Source: a bacterium
GTDB lineage: Bacteria > Eisenbacteria > RBG-16-71-46
DNA: 13,824 bases
Direction: 5' to 3'
NCBI GenBank assembly: GCA_043779265.1
Contig: JAYWEM010000025.1
Coordinates: 1-13,824, forward strand
In this document: piece by piece, positions 1-7,124 of the stretch
Numbering within the stretch: position 1 is the stretch's first letter
Layout of the letters: each line of letters starts with the position of its first letter
The notes under the pieces: generated by a model
Seen by the model: only the letters and a program-made list of their open reading frames with translations
What the model was told of the DNA's origin: nothing
Database searches by the model: none
Position numbers and translations under genes: made by a program

Positions 1-1143
1 AAGCGCATTAGGCTACTCGGCGCAGGACGCGATTTGACCACCCTCACCTGCACCGATAGTGAACAAGCGACTGTGTGGGTCAAGGGCTCCTGGTGCGGGC
101 TCGAAGCGCTCGCAGTGCGAGGCCCCGGGCAATCGGGAGCTGGTGTCGGGATTGCGATCGGACGTCTTGCGGCTGACCAGCCCACTCCGCCCGACATCAT
201 GCGCTACACGACACTTCGCGACGTGTATGTCGTGAACACACCCAGTTGGGGGGTCGAGATCCTGGGCTGGGATAGCGTTGGTGCAGACGCGAACACGCTG
301 AGCATCTTCGGCCGGTTCACTGGCCTGACGATCCAGTCGAACCGGTCGAACGGATGCCTTCGCATCCACCGGGGCGACACGACGCAGGACTTCATCAGCA
401 GCGAGTTCATCAACTTCGTGGGCCGAGCCACCCAGATGAACTTCGCTGACACCTGCTCGTTCCACCAGTGCACATTCGAGGGGCAGCCGGGTGCGGACCC
501 GGCGGCTTTCGTTGAGGTGTTGGACTGCCGCACCGTGAACTTCACCTCCTGCTGGTTCGAGGAGGATCCCGCCCCGACTCCGCCACCCGACTTGCAGAAG
601 GGGTGGTTCCTGAGCGCCACGGGCCCCCGCACAGAGGGGCTCACCATGACCGGCTTTATCTTCAACCGACCGACGGGCTATCGCACGGCGGCGGTGCTCT
701 TGGAAGCGTGTCCGGGAGCGGTGCTGACTGGGATGACGACATCGGCGCCTGTAGCTGCGATTGGATCGCAATCCCGTGATGACGTGATGCTGAGGCGCCA
801 GGAGAAGTTCCCGAACCCGGTCGGGCCGGATGATTTCATGTACCCGGAGCTGACGCTCTTGGGTGGCGTAGCCGACACGGCTGGCTTGAGTGCCGTTCGT
901 GTGACGAATGAGACCGCAGGGGAAGTGGTCGAGTCGCGACTCAGCGCAGGCGTTAGGAATTTCGAACGGAGACCCGGCGCGATACTTCCCTGGTTGGGAA
1001 CCCAAGCGCGTTCACACCAGTATGGACTGGGCCAACCGCAGCCCGGGACCACCTTCTTCAACGCGCAGTCGAACCGCCTCGAGTACTTCGACGGGACCGG
1101 TTGGCGCTTTCTACTCGGAACGCCGTTCGTGCCTGCGCCATGA
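1..1143 (+). CDS. 5'-truncated right-handed beta-helix protein (pectate lyase 3 / tailspike-like) with a C-terminal tail-fibre-like motif
   Basis: Frame 1 is open from base 1 (KRIRLLGAGRDLTTLTC...), so the TTG at 34 is probably not the true start. 'IRLLGAGRDLTTL' resembles the xxLxGxGxxxTxL motif near the start of pectate_lyase_3-like domains. Beta-helix-like rungs follow (TTLRDVYV, CSFHQCTFEG, VNFTSCWFE, LTMTGFIFN). The C-terminus has PQPGTTFFNAQSNRLEYFDGTGWRFL. The TGA stop overlaps the next ATG. Confidence 0.6.
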   Translation, partial: KRIRLLGAGRDLTTLTCTDSEQATVWVKGSWCGLEALAVRGPGQSGAGVGIAIGRLAADQPTPPDIMRYTTLRDVYVVNTPSWGVEILGWDSVGADANTLSIFGRFTGLTIQSNRSNGCLRIHRGDTTQDFISSEFINFVGRATQMNFADTCSFHQCTFEGQPGADPAAFVEVLDCRTVNFTSCWFEEDPAPTPPPDLQKGWFLSATGPRTEGLTMTGFIFNRPTGYRTAAVLLEACPGAVLTGMTTSAPVAAIGSQSRDDVMLRRQEKFPNPVGPDDFMYPELTLLGGVADTAGLSAVRVTNETAGEVVESRLSAGVRNFERRPGAILPWLGTQARSHQYGLGQPQPGTTFFNAQSNRLEYFDGTGWRFLLGTPFVPAP

Positions 1144-3143
1144 GAGTCGTGCTCGCCATACAACGGATTGCGATCTTCTCCCTTTGCGGTCTCGCGGTCC
1201 TGCACGACCCGGTCTTGGCGTCGCTACCTGCCTGGTCTGACTCAGGTGTGGTGATCACAGATGCGCCTGGCTTGCAGGTCGACCCGGTCGTTACCCCTGA
1301 CGTTCAGGGGGGCGCCTTCATCGCATGGCGTGATCAGCGGCCTGGGCTTCCGAATCCGCAAGCGCAGGCGTATCTGGCCCGTATCCAGATGGACGGCACT
1401 GTGTCCGCGGGATGGCAACCCGGGGGCCAGCTGGTCAGCATGGGCCAACTCGAAGTCTCCCGGCTCTCCACTTTTCCTGATGGGTCCGGCGGTGCTGTGC
1501 TCTTCTGGGAGGATCCGGGACCGAGCCCGGATTCGAGCATCGGGCGAGCGTTCATGCACAGGTTCCGGCCTGACGGATCTCCTCACCCGCAATTCCCGGT
1601 CGGGGGTGTTCGGCTGGGCCCCCTGGATACTCGAACGGGAATCGTCGCGATTTCATCCGGAGATGCCGGTTTCTTCATCGCCACGACTTGGAGAGGCCCA
1701 GAAGGCTCGGGGTCGCAGGGCGGGATCCTGCTCGCACGAGTGGACTCAATTGGCACGACCGCGAGCGGGTGGCCCTTGCAGGGGGTCCTGCTCTGCGATC
1801 AGCCGGGAGTTCAGTCACAGATCAGTCTGATGCCAGATCCCGTGGGCGGCGTGTTCGTGCTCTGGAGGGACCTTCGGTTCGGCTTCGGCTCGGAGCCCCA
1901 CCTGTTCGGGAGCCGAATCTCAGCGAGTGGCGTGCTGGACCCAGCATGGCCGGCGCAGGGCCGTGACCTTGCGACGTTCCGCTCTGGACTTGACGGCTAT
2001 CGCGCCGTGGCCGACCCGGTGGGGTTCATTGTCTCGCTCGACCCGGGAACACTTCTGGCGTTCGATGTCGATGGGCTCGCGCGCGCGGGGTGGCCACCAC
2101 CAGCCATCACTCAGGATGCCTTCCCGGTCGGGCCGCGCGATCAAGACCATCGCTTCGTGACCGCGGCGGAAGGCACGTACATCGTCTGGACCCGGCTCCG
2201 GCAGGTGCTTCCCACTATCAACGAAGCTCAACGGATGCTCCTTCTGGTCGAGCCGAGCGGCCAAGCGTTTCCTCCATGGCCGGACACCGGTCGAGTCGTC
2301 AACCGCAGCTTCGGGAGCGACACGGCGGGCGTCCTCGTCCTGCGATCGTCACCCGCCGGGCTCTACATTATCTACGGAGCCAAGGATGTTCAGGGCGGGT
2401 ACTGGAAGGGCGGAGTCCTTCAGCCCGATTTGAACTGGGCGCCGGGATGGCCCGACGGCGGGAGGCTGGTCTCTCGTTTCCTGGGCGGGGGTTCGAACTC
2501 TATCGCGACCGACGGGGCGCTTTATCACGCCTTCGTTTTTTCTGATGGACTCGGCACCGACGGCATCCGTCTCTTCAAGATGGGTGTGGATGGCCCAGTG
2601 CCCACGCTCGCCAGCGTCGCCATGGCAGAAGTGCGTGGCGATGCCGCGCACTTGGAGTGGCTGGTCGTCGACCCGCCGGCATCGCCCATTCACGTCGAGC
2701 GCAGCAGCGATGGCGTGGCGTGGGAGGACGTTGGGAATGCCGAGTCCGTGGCGGGTGATCGTGTGCGATTCAGCGAGGGCGGTTTCGCGCCCGGTGAACG
2801 GCGCGCGTACCGACTGGCGTGGACGGAGTTGGATGAGCTCAGGTCCGCGGGGTTGGTGTGGGTTCAGCGCGACGGAGTCTCGGCATTCGCACTCCGTTGG
2901 GCGCGGATCATGCATGCGCCCGAGAGGATCATCCTGGGTGTCCTAGGCGCCGAACGCGCTCCAATCCAATTGCGCCTCTTCGACGTGCAAGGGCGCCAGC
3001 GCGCGCAAGCGACGGCCGCGGCATCAGGCGACGCCGAAAGGGAGATCACGCTGCCCTCGGGTTCGCTCGCGCCGGGGGTGTATCTTGTGCGCGCCAGTCA
3101 GGGAGCGACCCATGCGATGGCGCGCGTTGTGGTGACACGGTAG
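1140..3143 (+). CDS. Secreted repeat (beta-propeller-like) protein with Ig-like domain and T9SS type A-like C-terminal sorting domain, 667 aa
   Basis: ATG at 1140 overlaps the upstream stop (ATGA). The N-terminus MRVVLAIQRIAIFSLCGLAVL...VLA is signal-peptide-like. Eight ~50-60 aa repeats follow (W-P-x-x-G...PDxxGG-x-F/V-x-x-W-x-D...ARI-x-x-x-G), then an Ig-like segment (PVPTLAS...HLEW...VERSSDG...YRL). The C-terminus QLRLFDVQGR...LAPGVYLVRASQG...ARVVVTR resembles Por/T9SS CTDs. Confidence 0.8.
   Translation: MRVVLAIQRIAIFSLCGLAVLHDPVLASLPAWSDSGVVITDAPGLQVDPVVTPDVQGGAFIAWRDQRPGLPNPQAQAYLARIQMDGTVSAGWQPGGQLVSMGQLEVSRLSTFPDGSGGAVLFWEDPGPSPDSSIGRAFMHRFRPDGSPHPQFPVGGVRLGPLDTRTGIVAISSGDAGFFIATTWRGPEGSGSQGGILLARVDSIGTTASGWPLQGVLLCDQPGVQSQISLMPDPVGGVFVLWRDLRFGFGSEPHLFGSRISASGVLDPAWPAQGRDLATFRSGLDGYRAVADPVGFIVSLDPGTLLAFDVDGLARAGWPPPAITQDAFPVGPRDQDHRFVTAAEGTYIVWTRLRQVLPTINEAQRMLLLVEPSGQAFPPWPDTGRVVNRSFGSDTAGVLVLRSSPAGLYIIYGAKDVQGGYWKGGVLQPDLNWAPGWPDGGRLVSRFLGGGSNSIATDGALYHAFVFSDGLGTDGIRLFKMGVDGPVPTLASVAMAEVRGDAAHLEWLVVDPPASPIHVERSSDGVAWEDVGNAESVAGDRVRFSEGGFAPGERRAYRLAWTELDELRSAGLVWVQRDGVSAFALRWARIMHAPERIILGVLGAERAPIQLRLFDVQGRQRAQATAAASGDAEREITLPSGSLAPGVYLVRASQGATHAMARVVVTR
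1233..2594 (+). repeat. Eight degenerate intragenic protein repeats (~50-60 aa, WPxxG-anchored)
   Basis: Repeat anchors in the translation are WSDSG, WQPGG, FPVGG, WPLQG, WPAQG, WPPPA, WPDTG and WPDGG. Repeats 1, 2 and 4 share PDxxGG-x-x-x-x-W-x-D. Similarity is visible at protein level only. Confidence 0.7.
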
Positions 3144-3254
3144 CCTCGCGGTTGAGGCCATCTGCGCACGCCTGATTCGCTACGAGCGACCGGCGTCCGG
3201 CACTCCCGCGGCCCATCAAGGGTCCCGAGCCGAGACACTGCCGCGGAGGACCGA

Positions 3255-4034
3255 GTGGACGCGATGATGCTGATGGAGGCCTCGCTCGAGGTGGCGAAGC
3301 GGGCAGGTGAGGTGGCGAGCGCTCACTTCGGTCGCGGCCTCGTTCCCGAGATCAAGCCCGATGGTTCCCCGGTGACGCTGGCGGACCGCGAGGCCGAACA
3401 AGCAGCGCGGTCCTGGCTCGCCGAGCGATTCGCCGGAGACGGCCTATTCGGCGAGGAGTTCGGGCGCGAGCGGAGCGACGCTCCTCGCCAGTGGCTCATC
3501 GACCCGATCGATGGCACGCGGAGTTTCGTGCGCGGTGTGCCGTTGTGGGGAACGCTGATCGCCTGCATCGAGCACGGGCACGTCGTGGCGAGCGCGGCGG
3601 TGTTCCCTTCGGCCGGCCGCACGATGTGCGCCGCTCGTGCGGGGGGGACCTTCGTCGATGGCGTCCGTGCGCATGTCTCGAGCATCCCGACGCTCCAGGC
3701 GGCGCTTCTGGTGGCCACGGATCTCGGCTTCTCGGGGGACGCCTCGCGCGCGAGCCGCGCGGCCTCGCTTGCTGCGGAAGTGGGCACGACGCGCACGTGG
3801 GGCGATGCCTACGGCTACCTGCTCGTCGCCAGCGGAGCGGCCGAGATCATGCTCGATGGCCCCTACCAGCCTTGGGACGCTGCGCCGATGATGCTGGCGG
3901 TCGAGGAGGCGGGCGGCGTGTTCACCGACTGGCGCGGCTCGCTGGCCTGGGATGGCGCACACGGCGGCATCGCCACCAACGCCTCGCTCGCGAACACCGT
4001 GCGCAGCCATCTGGTGGGCCGAACCGGCGCGTAG
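3255..4034 (+). CDS. hisN: Histidinol-phosphate phosphatase, inositol monophosphatase family (HisN-like)
   Basis: GTG start with GGAGGA at 3245-3250. IMPase motifs are present: KPDGSPVTLADREAE, GEEFG, WLIDPIDGTRSFVRGVPLWGTLIA, WDAAP...VEEAGGVFTDWRG. RTWGDAYGYLLVASG is typical of the HisN subgroup. The substrate is inferred. Confidence 0.85.
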   Translation: MDAMMLMEASLEVAKRAGEVASAHFGRGLVPEIKPDGSPVTLADREAEQAARSWLAERFAGDGLFGEEFGRERSDAPRQWLIDPIDGTRSFVRGVPLWGTLIACIEHGHVVASAAVFPSAGRTMCAARAGGTFVDGVRAHVSSIPTLQAALLVATDLGFSGDASRASRAASLAAEVGTTRTWGDAYGYLLVASGAAEIMLDGPYQPWDAAPMMLAVEEAGGVFTDWRGSLAWDGAHGGIATNASLANTVRSHLVGRTGA

Positions 4035-4041
4035 CTCTCGC

Positions 4042-4935
4042 TCAGGCCTGCTGCCAGGGCATGCTCGCGTCCTTCGCGGGCCACCTCGGCTTGAGCCACA
4101 GGAACAGCAGAAGGGTGGTGACAGCGGCGAGTGCGAGGCCGATCCAGAGTCCGTCGGCCATCGAGGCGACTTCCGAGGCGCCGGGCACCTTGCCGCGGGC
4201 GGAGTCATCGGTCATGGAGAGCATCACCAGCGGGATCGAGTTGTTGATCGCGTGCGCCAGCGTCGTCGCCAAGAGCGAACGACTGCGCAGATGCAGCACG
4301 CACAACAGCACGCCGAACACGGTGATCGCGAGCGGGTTCATGTGCATGATCCCGAAGAGCGCGGAACTGAGCACGATACCGCGGGTCATGCCGATTCGCC
4401 TCGTGAACCGGTGCAGCAGAACGCCCCGGAACAGCAACTCCTCGGCTAGCGGCGCCAGTCCCACGACCACGGCAGCCTGAAGCCAGAGCGGGCTCTCGCC
4501 GAACTCGAAGCCCTCGCTGCTCCGACTGATGAACTGCTCCAGCATGGGCGGGTGGAAGCGGGCCAGCAGCCCGATCACCACCAGCAGGACAGCGCCGTTG
4601 GCGAGCAGGTGGAGCCACGCGCTCGAGACGCCTTCGAACACGGCGTTCGCGTCGGGCGCGCGACCGAGCGATCGCGACAGCGACATCCCCGCGCGCCTCG
4701 CGCACGCGGCGAACCACAGGACGACTCCGAGGTAGAACCATCCCGCGTGCAGCATGAAGCCGTGCTTGGCGGGCGAGAGCACCTCGGTGCCGGCCATGGC
4801 GACGGCGATCGGGAGCACGAGGCATGCGGCGAGCGCGAGGAACACCGGCAGCCAGCGAAGCGGGAAGTGCTGGTCGGGTGCGAGTGGGGCGGGGGACACC
4901 GGCGGCAGCGCCGCTTCATCGGGAGGGATCGTCAC
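4042..4935 (-). CDS. CPBP family (CAAX protease / Abi) intramembrane glutamic metalloprotease
   Basis: Multiple hydrophobic helices. Catalytic motifs APLAEELLFRG (EExxxR), SSALFGIMH (FxxxH) and HAINN (HxxxN). GTG start with no evident Shine-Dalgarno, so the start is somewhat uncertain. Confidence 0.9.
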   Translation of the reverse strand: MTIPPDEAALPPVSPAPLAPDQHFPLRWLPVFLALAACLVLPIAVAMAGTEVLSPAKHGFMLHAGWFYLGVVLWFAACARRAGMSLSRSLGRAPDANAVFEGVSSAWLHLLANGAVLLVVIGLLARFHPPMLEQFISRSSEGFEFGESPLWLQAAVVVGLAPLAEELLFRGVLLHRFTRRIGMTRGIVLSSALFGIMHMNPLAITVFGVLLCVLHLRSRSLLATTLAHAINNSIPLVMLSMTDDSARGKVPGASEVASMADGLWIGLALAAVTTLLLFLWLKPRWPAKDASMPWQQA

Positions 4936-4972
4936 GGGGGCGCAGACTAGTGGAGTTCTGGCGATTCGGCAT
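4936..4972 (-). promoter_or_regulatory. Candidate leaderless-type promoter for the CPBP gene (ATGCCG-N17-TAGTCT-N8-GTG)
   Basis: The minus strand reads ctgATGCCGaatcgccagaactccacTAGTCTgcgcccccGTG. It has a TANNNT -10 and no SD, with the same geometry as the site before vanW. Confidence 0.35.
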
Positions 4973-5290
4973 CAGGCGGCGGGCTCGGGCTCTGCGTGCA
5001 GGTCAGCTCGCGCTCGGGCCGGAACGCGGACACGGCGATCCCCACCAATTCCTCGATCGGAGCGCCGGGCATTAGGTCGCCGAGCGCCGCACCCAGTCGG
5101 GCGATCACCTCGTCGCGCGGATCGTGGGGTTCGAGAGGGCGTCGCTGCGCCCTTCTCGTGCGGGCGTCTGCGCGCTTGTGCGCCATGAACCAGGGCCCGA
5201 ACGTGCGTTCGGCTTGGTACTGATTGTGGGCCCGGCAGCAGAGTCGCATGTTGGTCACGGTCGACTCGCCGCCTCGCGCCGCGCCGAGGG

Positions 5291-5308
5291 CGCGTGCGCG
5301 CGCACGCG
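5291..5308. repeat. Perfect 18-bp palindrome next to the HNH frameshift junction
   Basis: CGCGTGCGC|GCGCACGCG, read directly. It is CG-rich, so less improbable than its length suggests. Confidence 0.7.
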
Positions 5309-5551
5309 GCGTACACCCGCTTTTCCTCGGCTGCGACTAGCTGCCTGAGCGCACGCTTGAGGATCGACGAGAGGTCCCCCGAGGGGATCGCGTGGCCCAG
5401 CAACGACTTGGCGTACAGCAACAGGTCGTGCGCCTCCTGGTCGAGGGTGGCGCGGAGTGCGAAGCACGCCGATGAGGGGGGCGCCGCTGCCGGCGTCGAC
5501 GGCGGTGAGGCCCCGACATCCTGCGTCAGAATGTCCCGACTCGGCCCCCCG

Positions 5552-5603
5552 GGTTCGTGAACCTCTGAATTCCTTGAGAATTCAGGTGGTTCCGGAACCA
5601 CCT
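5552..5603. repeat. Cluster of three adjacent inverted repeats, including a perfect 20-bp palindrome
   Basis: GGTTC-gt-GAACC (5552-5563), CTGAATTC-cttga-GAATTCAG (5565-5585) and AGGTGGTTCC|GGAACCACCT (5584-5603), all read directly. Confidence 0.85.
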
Positions 5604-6334
5604 CGTTCGGCGAGAGGGCGCGGACGGTTGCGGCAGGATGCCGAGTGCCGAAGCGCTCTGCGACCATGAGCGCCACCTCCGCCTTGGTTCGGTGCGAGGC
5701 GGCCTCGATCCACTCGTCGGCCGACTCAGGAGTGAGGTGAGGGGCCAGAAGGACCACGGCGCTCAGGTGCAGGCGTCCGTCCGCGATCGCCGCGAAGAGC
5801 ACCGGCAGTCTGCGAGCCGCGCGTGCGGCCCGGATGCGCTTGAGCGCCTCGTCCGAGGACATGCGCAACACATGCACGCAGTAGGCGTGCATCGACGGGT
5901 GCGCGGCGGGGACGTGGAGCTTGCGCGCCTCCGCCTCGGCCAGATGCGCCAGAAGTTCGGCCGTCGTACTGCGATCGCGAACGACAAGTGCCTTGAGGTC
6001 CTGAAGCAGCACATGATCCGGAATCTGTGAGAGTGAGTGCATGGTGGGACTCCGCGGGGGCAAGTCGCGGGGGCACACTCCCTTCCGATCATGGCCGCTC
6101 GCGGCGCTCGAGAGTGCCCGCCAAGCGCGAATTGCACGCGTTCGCGAGAACTTCTCCGAAACTCGGGTCGCAGTGAGCACAGGCCCCTGGACGATTCGTT
6201 CCATGCCCTCGCGGCAAGGGAGTCGGAGTCCGAGCCGATGGCTCCTCCGCAACCCGGTAAGAGGAAAGATGGGTCCGGACCGGGCACACGGGTAGCAGGT
6301 CGGATCGACGCCTCCCGAAATCGCCGCCCGACCG

Positions 6335-6371
6335 ATGCGCCTTGACACACGATGCGTTAGCCTGCCCGGCG
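6335..6371 (+). promoter_or_regulatory. Candidate leaderless-type promoter for the vanW operon (ATGCGC-N17-TAGCCT-N8-ATG)
   Basis: The plus strand reads ccgATGCGCcttgacacacgatgcgtTAGCCTgcccggcgATG. There is no SD before ATG 6372. Confidence 0.35.
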
Positions 6372-7124
6372 ATGCACTCGCCCCTCTCGATGTGGTTCGC
6401 GGCGTTCCTCGCGCTCGGCTCGTCCGTCGGCGCGCTCGAGGTGCATGCGCAGGGGCAGGAGTCCTCGCGAGCTCCCATCGAGGAGTTCCCGGTCTCGCTG
6501 GCCCGGTTCACCACGTCGCTCCTCGGCAGCAGCGACGCGCGGCTCGACAACATCCGCCTGGCGATCGACGCGCTCGATGGCCGAGTGCTGGAACCGGGTG
6601 AGGTGCTGTCCTTCAACGAGATCGTCGGGCCGCGCACGATCGAGCGCGGCTATCAGCTGGCGCCGGCCATCCTGCACGAGGAGCGGCAGATCCAGATCGG
6701 CGGCGGCATCTGCCAGCCCGCTTCGACACTGTTCGTGGCAGGACTCCTCTCCGGGCTCTCGGTGGTCGAACGCTGGCGGCACTCGAGCCCGATCGACTAC
6801 ATCGCGCTCGGTCACGATGCCGCCATCGCGTGGGGCGCCAAGGACCTGCGACTGCGCAACGACCTCGACCAGCGCGTGCGCGTGCGCTTCATCTGGTCGG
6901 GGGCGACGCTCTCGGCGGACGTGCAGGGCGAGCACGCCCCGCCCGAGCGCTACGAACTCCGCACCGAGGAGCACGAGGCGCCCGCCGATGCGGGACTCCC
7001 CGCCGCGCTCCCGGGCCGCGAGATCGAGCTCTACCGCGTGCTGCTCCAGAACGGCGAGGAGGCTGCACGCGAACTCGTGCTGCGCGATGTCTACCCGCCC
7101 ACGCGCGGCAGGCGGCGCGAGTGA
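6372..7124 (+). CDS. Exported VanW family protein
   Basis: VanW motifs RLDNIRLAIDALDGRVLEPGEVLSFNEIVGPRTIERGY, GGGICQ, ERWRHS, YIALGHDAAIAWGAKDLRLRND. Signal-peptide-like MHSPLSMWFAAFLALGSSVGALEVHA. Short G5-like C-terminal strand pair (GREIELYRVLLQNGEEAARELVLRDVYPP). ATG 6372 is preferred over TTG 6342. Confidence 0.9.
   Translation: MHSPLSMWFAAFLALGSSVGALEVHAQGQESSRAPIEEFPVSLARFTTSLLGSSDARLDNIRLAIDALDGRVLEPGEVLSFNEIVGPRTIERGYQLAPAILHEERQIQIGGGICQPASTLFVAGLLSGLSVVERWRHSSPIDYIALGHDAAIAWGAKDLRLRNDLDQRVRVRFIWSGATLSADVQGEHAPPERYELRTEEHEAPADAGLPAALPGREIELYRVLLQNGEEAARELVLRDVYPPTRGRRRE

Larger units (their letters stand above)
4947..6042 (-). pseudogene. HNH endonuclease family gene (DUF222-like N-terminus) disrupted by an internal deletion and frameshift near 5280
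   Basis: ATG at 6042 with GGAG 7 nt upstream. The N-terminus LLAHLAEAEARKLHVPAAHPSMHAYCVHVLRMSSDEALKRIRAARAARRLP...GRLHLSAVVLLAPHLT matches my recollection of a family of HNH proteins. After ...ARTRPRRG the frame becomes nonsense-like (stop at 4972). The +1 frame continues ARGGESTVTNMRLCCRAHNQYQAERTFG (second half of the HNH motif) to TAG at 4947. The RD..C..C..DH half is absent in all three frames. Confidence 0.8.

Noticed and set aside
5270..5290. Programmed ribosomal frameshift producing an active HNH nuclease
   Set aside because: No slippery sequence at the junction, and the first half of the HNH motif is absent in every frame, so frameshifting could not restore activity.
5872..5892. Hairpin ATGCACGC-agtag-GCGTGCAT in the HNH 5' region
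   Set aside because: Real, but an 8-bp stem is expected by chance at this scale. It is only weak support for the palindrome finding.
4042..6042. Abi plus HNH as an anti-phage defence pair
   Set aside because: The 'Abi' label of CPBP proteases is not good evidence of abortive infection, the HNH gene is broken, and the adjacency is more simply explained by insertion.
6043..6348. 102-aa N-terminal extension of the HNH ORF (4972..6348 in the track)
   Set aside because: Family-like sequence starts at ATG 6042, which has a GGAG SD. The extension looks like translated intergenic DNA.
6342..6363. Perfect TTGACA as the -35 of the vanW promoter
   Set aside because: It is only 10 nt from TAGCCT, and there is no -10-like hexamer at 16-18 nt spacing.
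6830..7120. N-terminal 97 aa of the 6830..7771 ORF
   Set aside because: Overlaps vanW in another frame. GTG 7121 gives a coupled start and a signal peptide.
6372..7124. Vancomycin resistance locus
   Set aside because: VanW alone does not confer resistance. No vanHAX/vanB or vanRS genes are present.
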